Below are positions 35,591 through 45,866 of a stretch of 64,000 bases of DNA, in pieces. How positions within the stretch are numbered: position 1 is the first letter of the stretch; each line of letters starts with the position of its first letter. Made by a program: the position numbers and the translations under genes. The stretch comes from Naegleria gruberi (Eukaryota), in the NCBI GenBank assembly GCA_000004985.1, contig GG738911.1; one strand, written 5' to 3'. Below the pieces are notes generated by a model. That model did not search any database. It was not told the origin of the DNA and saw nothing but the letters and a program-made list of their open reading frames with translations.

Positions 35591-37386
35591 CCTTGATAAT
35601 AATCTAATTTGAAACTTTCCAAAATATTATACGATTCGTCAACTACATTATTAGAATCTCCTTCAAACTTGTCTAAAACATAAAAAGGTCTCGATTGAGT
35701 TTCTGGTCTAATTTCAACTTTTTCAAAATAAACTGTCACATTCAAATTATCCAAATTATGATATTCAATATTTCTTGCATAATTCACAAACACTGCTTCC
35801 CCTAATACGGCAGTACTCTTATCGTAAATCCACAAACCAAATACTAAATTAGTGTTATTGTAAACTGTTGGATCAAATGCCCATTTAGCTTCTCCTAATT
35901 TAGGAATATCAGGTTGGAATAATTCAAAACTATTGGTTGATTCATTAAGAATTGTGACTCTCATTGAGAACGGATCCACATGTGGTTGCAATGAATTAGT
36001 ATACTCAAAATAAATCATATTATCCGAAACATCCAAACGATGTGCTGTAAAATCAATTGAAAATGCAAACTTTAAACTGAGTGGCTTTTGAATTGTCGAA
36101 GGAGCTGCATACTTTGAATAAATTGCAGTATTTTGATTGTTAATCATAAAACTTCCTGACAATTTGGAATTCTTATCAAAACTTGCAATCAAATTGTCAT
36201 ATTGTTCTCCATTTTTGAGTTCATAACTAGCAATCATGTATGAAGTAATTCCACACTCAGTTCCAAATTTGCATACAGCTCTAGTTCTGTCATCATACTT
36301 TCTGGCAAACATGAACAATGTAAAATCAGAAGTCAATTGTCTATCTGAACATGTCAACACAAACGATTGATAACTATTCACACTATTTCTGGAGGTAACT
36401 TCCAAAACTTGAGAGTTTTCATCCACGACTATTTTTCCATTCTCTTCATATGCACAAACTATTGACATTGGGTCAACAAATTTTGCAGTACGATCTAGTG
36501 ATGAATATGAAACAAATCCTGATTTTTTCGAATAATCAAATGAGATGCTCATTCGTTGATGGAGAGGAGTTGTTCCAACATTGAAAACTGACAGATCGAT
36601 GGCAATCAAATTGTAATCATAAGGTTCTGGAATTTTCACACCACCATCATAAGCATACTCTAATTGAATAGCTGGACTGCTGTCAATTTGATCTGGATCA
36701 ATGACAGGAGCATTGTCATATGACAGGAGAAGAATCATTTGTGAACTGTAATAAAACAATTGTCTTTCGATATCTCGTGGATAACTAATTCTAAGTTTTT
36801 GTTTGAAATCTCCTTCAACAATGGCTTTTACATAATATTGGAAAGCAATATAGTTTCTCTTCATGGATTGAAGTGTTGAAAAGGAAATTTCAAAAGAACT
36901 ATCTAAATGGTATAGTCCAGTATTATTGAAAGGAATAGTTTCCTTCTTGACGAAAGGATTCGACAATTTAACTCCGATTAGTTCCATTTCGTATGGATTG
37001 ATATTCTTCATCAATGCTCTGTTGAGCACCACTTGAACACTGCCATCTGTCATTCCACTTGCCAATGTAACATTTGACATGTCGAGAGTGAATATCCATG
37101 AAGCTAAATATTTTTTGGCATCAAATGGCGGAGTTGGATCGAAAATGTACTGCGTTTTAGTGTTGAGTACATAACTTCCTTGCAAATCTTTAAAATTCAA
37201 GCTCATTGCACCATGCAGGTTTGGAGTGGAAAGTTGGTAAATTGGAAGAATCGAATAATCTATCGGATAGGTGTAAGATAAATGTTGAAAGTGTCGGACA
37301 GGTGTTGAGTCAACTAGATGAAACAACGCTGTGAAGAGAAGCTGCACAACTAATAGGATGTGAGCGAAAGTGTGCACTTGTTTCAT
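35578..37386 (-). CDS. Large secreted/type-I membrane glycoprotein, N-terminal part; ORF 1 of 2.
   Basis: ATG at 37386. The N-terminal MKQVHTFAHILLVVQLLFTALFHLV is signal-peptide-like, followed by a 600-aa N/S/Y-rich ectodomain. It ends at TGA in an ATGA overlap with the next ORF. Confidence 0.55.
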   Translation of the reverse strand: MKQVHTFAHILLVVQLLFTALFHLVDSTPVRHFQHLSYTYPIDYSILPIYQLSTPNLHGAMSLNFKDLQGSYVLNTKTQYIFDPTPPFDAKKYLASWIFTLDMSNVTLASGMTDGSVQVVLNRALMKNINPYEMELIGVKLSNPFVKKETIPFNNTGLYHLDSSFEISFSTLQSMKRNYIAFQYYVKAIVEGDFKQKLRISYPRDIERQLFYYSSQMILLLSYDNAPVIDPDQIDSSPAIQLEYAYDGGVKIPEPYDYNLIAIDLSVFNVGTTPLHQRMSISFDYSKKSGFVSYSSLDRTAKFVDPMSIVCAYEENGKIVVDENSQVLEVTSRNSVNSYQSFVLTCSDRQLTSDFTLFMFARKYDDRTRAVCKFGTECGITSYMIASYELKNGEQYDNLIASFDKNSKLSGSFMINNQNTAIYSKYAAPSTIQKPLSLKFAFSIDFTAHRLDVSDNMIYFEYTNSLQPHVDPFSMRVTILNESTNSFELFQPDIPKLGEAKWAFDPTVYNNTNLVFGLWIYDKSTAVLGEAVFVNYARNIEYHNLDNLNVTVYFEKVEIRPETQSRPFYVLDKFEGDSNNVVDESYNILESFKLDYYQGWKL

Positions 37387-38327
37387 GTTTACTATTTTTT
37401 TTTACAGCGGAAAAACCAAGGAATGCGCTAAAAAATAGTTTTTCCTTGCTCAGTCTCCGGAGAGTTGAACTCCTGTTGTAATGGGCAGATATTTATACTA
37501 TTAAATGAGACTTTTAAGTTTGAACTGTTCAAATAGTCACATCGTTCATGTTAAATGGAAATAGTTTTCAGAATTACTGATCTATTTTCTTTCAACACCT
37601 TGGTCTCCCTCCGATGGTGGTGATAAATCTCAGGGTGGACTTGGGCTTTCATCTCCTGTTGATATAAGTCACGTGGAAAGGATGGCATCTGTCTGTAGGA
37701 TTGTTAATTCCACTCTCCTATTAATCTTGTGTAACCGTACCAATCAAGCCTGTCTCCAACCTAAGAAATGCTATCATTGAAACTCAGCGATACAAAAAAA
37801 TTATCAATGAGTTGGGCCAATGACTACAATTGGCCTAATAGCACTCTCTCCAGGAAACTCTCTCTTGTTTTATTATCAGCAAAGACTCCTCTACTTTAAT
37901 CTCCACCACTCAATTTTACTAAATGTTACTAGGTAATGACAGTATTTGTGAAAATGTAATGTCAAGGAAGATTGGACCCATGTATTCCAAACTTGTCCCA
38001 AATGCAATCCTGAAAAGGATGAACTGTATGCGACATGGGATGCTATCGCCCAGAAATTTAGCCTTAAAAAGATTCGTTTCCCTCCTGATAGCTCAACTAA
38101 GGATAGAATCACAAGATCATTATTGAGGTACATGACAATAACACTAAATTGTATTTGAATTTGAAAAGTGAGCACTGTGAAGCTGGCGATGTTCAAGCAG
38201 TTAGAGATGAGTTTCGTCTTTTGAGTGAGAATTCTTTGGTAATTGCATTTCAGCGACATCCAATAGTCTCGATAAATACCTTAACATGGGCTTTTGAAGA
38301 TAGATTTGATCTAAATAGCTAAAAGAA

Positions 38328-38401
38328 TGCCTCCCTTGGGAATCGAACCCAAGACCTCTGTCTTACTAGGACAGCGCTACTGCCAACTGAGCTAGGAAGG
38401 C
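38328..38401 (-). tRNA. tRNA-Thr (anticodon AGU).
   Basis: Reverse-complement reads GCCTTCCTAGCTCAGTTGGCAGTAGCGCTGTCCTAGTAAGACAGAGGTCTTGGGTTCGATTCCCAAGGGAGGCA. It forms a cloverleaf with a 7-bp acceptor stem, anticodon loop CTAGTAA and a GTTCGATTC T-loop. Confidence 0.85.
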
Positions 38402-39890
38402 TTGTCATTCAAGAATAATATATCTTCAATATATTAGGAATTAGATGTTTTGGATAATAATTAAAAGAGGGCATTCGTATGATTTAGCCTATATGATCAC
38501 AGTCTTGAACTGTTGCTTCTTGTAAATTTCCCTCAATTGTTCAACCTTGTCTTCTATTTGAGAAACTAGTTTAGAGAAACTCCATTGCTTTTCTGGCAAA
38601 CCATTTCCAATAATAATAATAATAATATGGTGTAAATAATATATTCCTTCTTTCCAAAATGTATAATCCTATCAATTATTATCAATAAATATCAATTAAT
38701 CATCCTACCTATAACATTACTGTACCGTTGTATTGGTAATAGGATGATCGATGACTGTCGTTCTTCAGGTACTAGAAAATAGCCTGCATGGTACTTGCTT
38801 ATTTTTAAATGTTCGTTTTTGTAAACTGCTAAAAAATATTTGGGATTTGATATTAAATTATTTATTAAAAAATTTGTGAATGAATCATGATGGATACAGT
38901 ATTTGTTGAATGTTGAAGCCATTCCTTCATATAATTTAAAAAGATTTGATGCACAACATGGAAAGACTAGTATAATGTTGGATTTATTGTTTTTTCTTGA
39001 TTTTATGATCATTTGCGGATTTTTAAAGGGAATTTGTAAATTTTGGAAAAGTATTGTTGCGTTGATGAATTAAAACTCTCACCTATAGCTTCTAACATCA
39101 GTTATAGTATAGTAAAGTGGGTGCGATGGTTTTAGTTCGATACCAATTGCATCAAATTATTAATTTCCAATTTTCACCATCATCAAAGTGATAAGAAACA
39201 GAACAAATCGTCAGAGATTGTTCTACATCATCAATAACATCATCATGGAAAGTGGCGATTTTTACTTTCAAGCATTCACATAGTTTAGCAAGGTCACCAT
39301 GGTTAAATTTCAAAAGCAAAATTTACTTTTGAAAACTTGTTTGATTTCTAATTTAGGCCTCACTGGTAATGTTTATTTACTATGTGTATATTCTCCAATC
39401 AATATTTTGCAATAACTTCTAGTGATTGGGGTTGATTTTTACCTTGCACCCGAACCTCTCTAATTCTTTACCCACATGACCAATCACCCTTTCTACAACA
39501 ATAAACACATCTCTAGTATGTCTACTAACTCTCCTATCTGTCTTGTTTCTTCACTTGAAGTATTTCTCCCAACATTCAACAACTCTCTTCATCACATAAT
39601 ATTATTCCAACAAAAAAATGTACAAAACCCTAGCAAGGCAGAATCAAGCCTTGTTTTCCAATCATCACTTTCGGAAGAGAATATCATATTCATCATCTTT
39701 ATCTTGGAATTATAATTCCAACAACAAGAACATTATTCAATCGTTTTCTTCCACGATACAATCATCTTCATCTTCCTCTATTATAAATAATAATAATCCA
39801 TTCTATTCTCATCATCATCCACTTCCAACTTCATCACCATTCAATAGTAGTAATGGAAGTAGTAACAAGAAAAATCAGAGAAAAAACAAG

Positions 39891-41027
39891 ATGAAAATAC
39901 TATTCGGATTATTATGCCTCTCTTGCTTTTTATTTGAATATTCGATGGAGAATTGGAATAACAAGGTGATTAAATCGTATATTGCTTTCAATTCTTTGGA
40001 GAGGAAGAGATTGGAGGAGATGAATTTTGAGCTTTTTGATACAAGGAAATTAATTCCAGATATTATGGAACAAGTGATGAAAACAATACGAGAGAGGATG
40101 ACTTTACGAAATATCGATGAGTTGGATTCTGAGGAAGAGAAGACACAAAATGGATGGGTGAATCGATTGGAAAATTGGCTATTCAATGGTCATGACAATT
40201 GGTGGAGTTCAATTTCTCTTGGATATGTCATCATTCCGAGGAGTGTTGTCCTAACAGCAGGTACATTGCTTTTCCCTCTAGCCTTGTGTTTCACACCTCT
40301 ACATATTCTTACCTATCCACTTGGATTCATTTTGAATGTAGCGATGGAACATGTGGTAAGTGAGGAGGAAAATACCAAGGACAGAGATCAATTTCAAATG
40401 AATTGGAAAATGCAAACATTGGAAGTGATTGCAGATTTAGGACATTTGTATTCCATAATAACGAGAATTCCACAAACATTTTGCGAGCAAGTTGTAAATA
40501 ATTGGCAAGTTCCACAACACGAATGGAAGGAGAAGGAGGATTACCTCTTCTTGAAAATGGCCTACTCCAATCAGGAAAATGAATTATTGAGCCAAGAGGA
40601 AATTCACTCTGTCAACACTTTGATAGGAGATTTGGAATTTTATGATCAATCTCAAAAGTATTGCACTCGATATGATTGGGTCACTCAATCGCCACTCTAC
40701 ATTAACAATAGTACAGAGAGAGCATTTGGTCACTCGTATAATTTGTGGGCCGCTCTTGCATTGAGTAAGAGTGCCATTCTGTGGCTTTGCAATTCTGATT
40801 GTGAAATCAGAGTTGATAAGGACAAGATTGAGGAAAATAAGAAACAACGAAAGAGGAGAATTCAGGTAGCTTTGGAAAATTTTGAAAAGGCAAACAAGAT
40901 TTTTGCATTCATATTGGAAAATCCTTCAAAATCTTTAACAATTGAATCATCCAAAGTGAAGGAACTCAAATCAAAGATTGAGGAAAATATCAAAATTGCC
41001 AATTTTGAATTGGAAAAGCTGGAATAA
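39891..41027 (+). CDS. Hypothetical multi-pass membrane protein. An in-frame ATG at 39618 would add a Ser-rich N-terminal extension.
   Basis: MKILFGLLCLSCFLFEYS is a signal/anchor-like start. TM segments TAGTLLFPLALCFTPLHILTYPLGFIL. C-terminal coiled-coil-like KR/E-rich region. No family recognised. Confidence 0.5.
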   Translation: MKILFGLLCLSCFLFEYSMENWNNKVIKSYIAFNSLERKRLEEMNFELFDTRKLIPDIMEQVMKTIRERMTLRNIDELDSEEEKTQNGWVNRLENWLFNGHDNWWSSISLGYVIIPRSVVLTAGTLLFPLALCFTPLHILTYPLGFILNVAMEHVVSEEENTKDRDQFQMNWKMQTLEVIADLGHLYSIITRIPQTFCEQVVNNWQVPQHEWKEKEDYLFLKMAYSNQENELLSQEEIHSVNTLIGDLEFYDQSQKYCTRYDWVTQSPLYINNSTERAFGHSYNLWAALALSKSAILWLCNSDCEIRVDKDKIEENKKQRKRRIQVALENFEKANKIFAFILENPSKSLTIESSKVKELKSKIEENIKIANFELEKLE

Positions 41028-41273
41028 ATTGTTTTGCCAAAACATTCCGTTAAATTGTAAAATATTCTAAAGTTTAAAAAAATCTCAAAATGTTGAACTG
41101 TAAAACCATACTAACAAAACAGGAGACCATCTCTCTTTCATGAGCCATCATTACACTAATTCCACCATTATAAATTACATTAAAAAAGCAAACAACACGG
41201 TAAACCTTTCGAATAGTAAATACATCAACAACTAAACTAAAATATTAGAAAGTTTTATTATTTAATATCATCA

Positions 41274-44200
41274 ATGATACATACAACACCTTCATCTGGA
41301 ACAAGTGAAACCTCTCACTATTTACTTCCGAACCAAGGTAATGAGAACAATCGAATATTTTCCTCTCCTTCATCATTAGAATATTCTCTTTCATCTCTGG
41401 GAAGTCATAGTCCGCAGTTCTATCACAGTCCACCTACGAGTCCTGAATCTTTGAATTTAATGGAAAATCATAATGAAAATCATCGACTAGTTCAAGATCA
41501 ACATGAAGATTTAAAATATTTGGACGATAATAGTGGACAACATCAATATTCAATGGAAACTGGTCAGAGTTCAATAACAACAGAGAATCATCATAATAAT
41601 TGTGATAGTTATGAAGTTTCGTTGAATATTGATGATGGACACATGAATGGACATGAGACAGATGAGTTTAGAGTAGACACAGGTATTCGGTCAGTGCTTA
41701 GACGATTTTCGTGGCTTACACTTGGGTCCTCTTCGAGTACTACTCCAAGGAGTCGTCATTCCATTGGATTACCCACAACCAACAATTTATTTAGTCCACC
41801 CATTACAGAGACGAGAAAGTTCAGTATTGGGCAAAAGCAACATCCAAATACGGCATTCGTTTTGATGAGTCCACAAAGTCCACGAACCACCACTCCATCA
41901 CCAACTACAAGCTCATCAAGTATGGCTCATGAATTGGAGCAGCAAAATCATGAATCTGTGGAAACTCCAGTGTCTTCATTGGTTGACCAAGATATTGCTC
42001 AATCAGGAGATGTTACTCCAGTTCAGTCCAACAATTATCGAGCAAATACATATTCTCCACCTCCATTCACCAGAACTATTTCTGTAGTCTTAAACGACAT
42101 TACGAATTCACCTGTTGGTGTCGAGAGAAGGAGACGAGATTCAATTGCCTCGAATAAGAAAGTTAATGAACGAGCTAATAGTATTGCATACCGTACTTCG
42201 AATATCACCAATCTGATTAATAACACGTCATTCCACAGCACAAAGAAGCAACTTGAAAAGGAAAAGAAGAGGAGAGGAGAATCATGTTCCAAATTTTGTC
42301 ATTCCTTCTTTACCATTTCAAATATTTTGATGGGAATTTTCATTTTGCAAGCAATTGTTTGCTTGATTTTTGGAATTTCAATTATGAGAGCTGGTGGTGC
42401 CATTTTGGATGTGAAAATTCGTGAATATCAATTCTTACAAATCAGGGCATTTGTAGAGGAACGTATCAGTAGCTTCACCTCAAAATACACAACCATGACT
42501 AATCACATGATGGAAGGTTTGAAGGGAATTCCCATCAATGATAATGTTGCCCTTCTGAGATTCTTTGATTATGTAGCAATTACCTTTGGAACTGATACCT
42601 CACTGAATCGAATGGAATTCTATAGAATGGATGATTCATTCTCCATGCTTAGAGATTTCAATAATGGAAAATCTGTAATTTCAATCAATTCCATTTCGAA
42701 TCCATCCATGTTTTCGACCTATTTGTGGCCTAAGACTCTTACTTTTGTGGAGAACCCAAATGGATACTATGCCTCTTCAAGTGATACTTCCTATTCGATT
42801 TATAAGAATTACATGTATGGACCCATACTCGAATTGAACGAAATATTTAACAATTCGGCCGTGCTCAATAATTTTATTCTCAACAATCAGGAAGTATTTT
42901 GTAAATCACTCTCTAGCAATATTCCATCTAATTACAACAATTTCAAATGGGTACCAAGCAAATCCATTCAAAATTCGAGTATTTTCCTGCATTATCCAGT
43001 TTATATCAGTAACAATTACAATCATACCATTGTGTCTCCCAATACGAGAAAGATGTTCATTGTAAATTCAGATCAAAATTTGGAGAATAGCTACTTGTTT
43101 GGAGTTTTCAGTTTGCACTTTTCAATTGATAGATTTACAACCTTGTTAAATGTTCAGAATGAGAGATTCTACTTGCAATCCGAGTATTCTTCAAATACAA
43201 GTTTTATCATGAATACGTGGGGTGATATTTTGGCTACTAGAGGAGATGGAAACGAATCTCTACACAATATTCAACTCATTTACAAAACCATCATGAAACA
43301 TGGTCTTAAAAAGAATTGTGAAGTTGAGAGTGAAGTTATAGACATTCCAAATACTAGATTGACTGCTAGATTGTCGTATACTTGTGATGGTCATGGATTG
43401 AATTTGGTATTGGTTGTTGAAATGGACAATTCAGATTCTTTCATTCCTCTATTATTGGCAAATAATTCAATTCTTTCGTTTGTGGCATCATTTTTGCTGA
43501 TTATCGTGTCTATCATTGTAATGATTGCAGTTCTGAGAGCTCTCAATACATCAATGGAACGAATGTCGAAGAAATTACACAGAATTACAAGACTAAAACA
43601 AAGGGAAAGCGAGGGAGGCAAATCATTCAGTCAAATCATTTCAGATTTCTTCCCAAACACGTCAATGACTGTTTTCTATGAAGTGAGAGAAATTGAAAAT
43701 CTAATCATGTTATTGGGTCAAGGAATGGATGCTTTGAAAAAGTTTCTTCCCGAACCGTTTGTTAAAGAGATTATACTATCAAAACCACTGCCTTTCAATG
43801 TTGCAACAAAGAAGCACTTGACAATCTTGTTTTGTGAGCTGGCAGGTTGTGATAAGATGGCAGATACTATTGATATTCCTCTCTTTTTGGAAATGATTAC
43901 AGAGTACAGTTCAATAATGTGTAAAATCATTCAGGATCATAAGGGTATGATTGATCGATTTGATGGAGGAACAGCCATGTGCTTATTCTCCTTCCAGGAT
44001 AACACTTTAATTCCAACTGAACAAAATCAAGAAGTAAATGCATGTCATGCTGCCATGGATATCATTTACATGATGGAGGATTTCAAAACCAAGTGGCAAA
44101 AACGTACAGGGCATCCAATTCACATTGAGATTGGAATTAATTCTGGAGAGATTTATTATGGAAATTTCAATTGCACTGATTCTAGATCAAGTTATTCAGT

Positions 44201-44657
44201 GCTCGGTGCAAGCTTAGATATTGCCTCTACTTTGCAACGTTTCAATTTTTCATACTCTACACAGGTTCTCATTGGAGAGGAGACATTCTTGAAAGTTAAG
44301 GATATTTTCGTGTGTTATTTTGTGGATTTGGTGAGATTTTCTGGCTACAAGAAAAGGAGGGGAATGAAAATATATTCATTAGAATGTCCAGTTCGAGAGA
44401 GCACCGATTTGGAGAGGAAGATTGCACTGGATTTGGAACAAGTTCAGCAAAAAATCATGGAAAAGAGTTATGCCTCTGCTTTGAGTTTATGTGGACAAGT
44501 CATGCTGTTCAATGATAGACCACAAGTGAGTTATTTGCACAATCGATTGAGCCATGCAAAAGAAGAGAGCGAAAAGGTGATTCCCAATGATAATGATCTT
44601 TTTTCTACAGTGGCAAACTTTGGTATTGATCCAGAGGAGATTTTATCATTCTTGTAA
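41274..44657 (+). CDS. Receptor-type class III nucleotidyl (adenylyl/guanylyl) cyclase-like protein: S/T/Q-rich N-terminus, TM1, ~400-aa extracytoplasmic domain, TM2, C-terminal cyclase homology domain.
   Basis: ATG at 41274, TAA at 44655-44657. TMs FFTISNILMGIFILQAIVCLIFGISIM and ILSFVASFLLIIVSIIVMIAVL. Cyclase homology domain LTILFCELAGCD...IDRFDGGTAMCLF...IGINSGEIYYGNF...YSVLGASLDIASTLQ with a class-III-like order of motifs but substituted key residues. Confidence 0.75.
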   Translation: MIHTTPSSGTSETSHYLLPNQGNENNRIFSSPSSLEYSLSSLGSHSPQFYHSPPTSPESLNLMENHNENHRLVQDQHEDLKYLDDNSGQHQYSMETGQSSITTENHHNNCDSYEVSLNIDDGHMNGHETDEFRVDTGIRSVLRRFSWLTLGSSSSTTPRSRHSIGLPTTNNLFSPPITETRKFSIGQKQHPNTAFVLMSPQSPRTTTPSPTTSSSSMAHELEQQNHESVETPVSSLVDQDIAQSGDVTPVQSNNYRANTYSPPPFTRTISVVLNDITNSPVGVERRRRDSIASNKKVNERANSIAYRTSNITNLINNTSFHSTKKQLEKEKKRRGESCSKFCHSFFTISNILMGIFILQAIVCLIFGISIMRAGGAILDVKIREYQFLQIRAFVEERISSFTSKYTTMTNHMMEGLKGIPINDNVALLRFFDYVAITFGTDTSLNRMEFYRMDDSFSMLRDFNNGKSVISINSISNPSMFSTYLWPKTLTFVENPNGYYASSSDTSYSIYKNYMYGPILELNEIFNNSAVLNNFILNNQEVFCKSLSSNIPSNYNNFKWVPSKSIQNSSIFLHYPVYISNNYNHTIVSPNTRKMFIVNSDQNLENSYLFGVFSLHFSIDRFTTLLNVQNERFYLQSEYSSNTSFIMNTWGDILATRGDGNESLHNIQLIYKTIMKHGLKKNCEVESEVIDIPNTRLTARLSYTCDGHGLNLVLVVEMDNSDSFIPLLLANNSILSFVASFLLIIVSIIVMIAVLRALNTSMERMSKKLHRITRLKQRESEGGKSFSQIISDFFPNTSMTVFYEVREIENLIMLLGQGMDALKKFLPEPFVKEIILSKPLPFNVATKKHLTILFCELAGCDKMADTIDIPLFLEMITEYSSIMCKIIQDHKGMIDRFDGGTAMCLFSFQDNTLIPTEQNQEVNACHAAMDIIYMMEDFKTKWQKRTGHPIHIEIGINSGEIYYGNFNCTDSRSSYSVLGASLDIASTLQRFNFSYSTQVLIGEETFLKVKDIFVCYFVDLVRFSGYKKRRGMKIYSLECPVRESTDLERKIALDLEQVQQKIMEKSYASALSLCGQVMLFNDRPQVSYLHNRLSHAKEESEKVIPNDNDLFSTVANFGIDPEEILSFL

Positions 44658-44682
44658 AAGAGAAATAAAACTAAAATGAATC

Positions 44683-44754
44683 CTCCCGTGCCGGGAATTG
44701 AACCCGGATCTCCTGGGTGAGAGCCAGGTATCTTAGCCATTGGACCACACGGGA
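44683..44754 (-). tRNA. tRNA-Glu (anticodon CUC).
   Basis: Reverse-complement reads TCCCGTGTGGTCCAATGGCTAAGATACCTGGCTCTCACCCAGGAGATCCGGGTTCAATTCCCGGCACGGGAG, closely matching eukaryotic tRNA-Glu. It starts about 25 nt after the cyclase stop codon, on the opposite strand. Confidence 0.85.
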
Positions 44755-44946
44755 TTCTTGTTAACTTCTTGAAAATATTGTTCATAACCACATCCATGAC
44801 CTAAGGCACTAAGGTAGCTCAGTTAATGTTGTTTCCAATTCATAACTGTGTTGTGCTGATTGACAAGTAAATCATCTTTGGAGTATGTAATCAACCGCCA
44901 AAATCACCCGCCAAAATCTTAAACAATAAAATAAAAAAAAAAATTG

Positions 44947-45788
44947 ATGAGCACATCAACTAGGAACGACAGAGGATGTCCAGAACAAATAGGAAAATCC
45001 TCTTCAAGGAGTAACTATACGGCATCTATTGATGAGATGGCAACAGCAAGTAAACCTCATTCCTCTCTACATCGGAGTAGCAGCGTTCCAAAACGATCTT
45101 CTCCTCTTGTGGAGCAGCAACTATCATCATCTTCAAATCAAAGATCATCTTCTGGAAATCATCATCGGAAATCATCATCAGCAACACCAGTAACACCATC
45201 ACCATCGGAAGATCACCAATTAACCTACGAGGAAGCAGTTAAAAAATTAGATGAATTATCGCCCAAATCTAAAGGAATACTCAAATCAATAATGAAAATG
45301 ATGAGTCCTTCAAATAATAATGCAATAGAAAATGGAAATAATAATATTAATGCAAATCAAAATAATAATAACAAAAATAATATTGTAACTTCAACAACTA
45401 GGGAACAAAATAGAGAAAAACAACAACCAAATAGAGAACCACCATCATCTAGGACAATTAATAATTTAAATGAAATTGAAAAAATGGCAACAGTGAATTT
45501 TGCTAATGAACCACAATCATCATCTTCTAGAGGAGTAATTACAGGAGAAGAAAAACCAAGTTTGAGGAGGACTGTTTCATCAATACCCGAAGTAACAAAA
45601 CCAAAGAGGACTTCAAGTAATCGGGTAGTGACGCTTAATGTTGGAGGTCAAATATTTCAAACTACAAGCAAGACACTACGAGGGTGCGAATCACTTTTTT
45701 CATTAGTATTTTCGGAGAAGGATACAGTGCTGAGAGATGACAATGGTCATGTATTTATAGATAGAGATCCAAAATATTTTAGATACAT
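44947..45788 (+). CDS. KCTD-type BTB/POZ (potassium-channel tetramerisation T1-like) protein, exon 1.
   Basis: ATG at about 44947 (the track starts one codon earlier at TTG). S-rich and N-rich N-terminus, then VVTLNVGGQIFQTTSKTLRG...DRDPKYFRY. The exon ends in phase 2 at a GTAGGT donor. Confidence 0.65.
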
Positions 45789-45866
45789 GTAGGTTTTGAA
45801 TTAAGGAAAATCAATAATAATTAATATTTATTTTACCTTCAAATAATGAATAATAATTTAACACAG
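45789..45866 (+). other. Intron of the KCTD gene (78 nt, GTAGGT...ACAG).
   Basis: Splicing restores the canonical BTB motif FIDRDPKYFRY|ILNYIRDGKL across the junction. The unspliced frame hits TAG. Confidence 0.65.

Noticed and set aside
37891-39012. ORFs 37891..38259 (-), 37923..38126 (+) and 38692..39012 (-) in the intergenic zone around tRNA-Thr.
   Set aside because: Low-complexity, no domain resemblance, overlapping each other in AT-rich promoter sequence; chance ORFs.
39618-39890. Ser/Asn-rich N-terminal extension of the 39891 membrane-protein gene starting at ATG 39618.
   Set aside because: Not rejected outright. The hydrophobic MKILFGLLCLSCFLF looks like the true N-terminus (signal peptide), so I annotated the shorter CDS. 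Transcript 5' ends are needed to decide.
39875-40847. Short minus-strand ORFs 39875..40186, 40327..40515 and 40584..40847, and similar small ORFs inside other genes (42035..42292, 43391..43621, 47741..47926, 49721..49945, 52080..52316, 55244..55462, 56942..57351).
   Set aside because: They are embedded in, or antisense to, much longer ORFs with domain support. They have no features of their own.
44655-44657. Possibility that this is a ciliate genome with TAA/TAG=Gln, suggested by the Paramecium-like TTTGGG telomere.
   Set aside because: TAA at 44655 must terminate the cyclase because a tRNA gene follows 25 nt later. Conserved domains end at TAA/TAG stops throughout. Introns are 55-128 nt with GTRNGT donors, unlike ciliate micro-introns.
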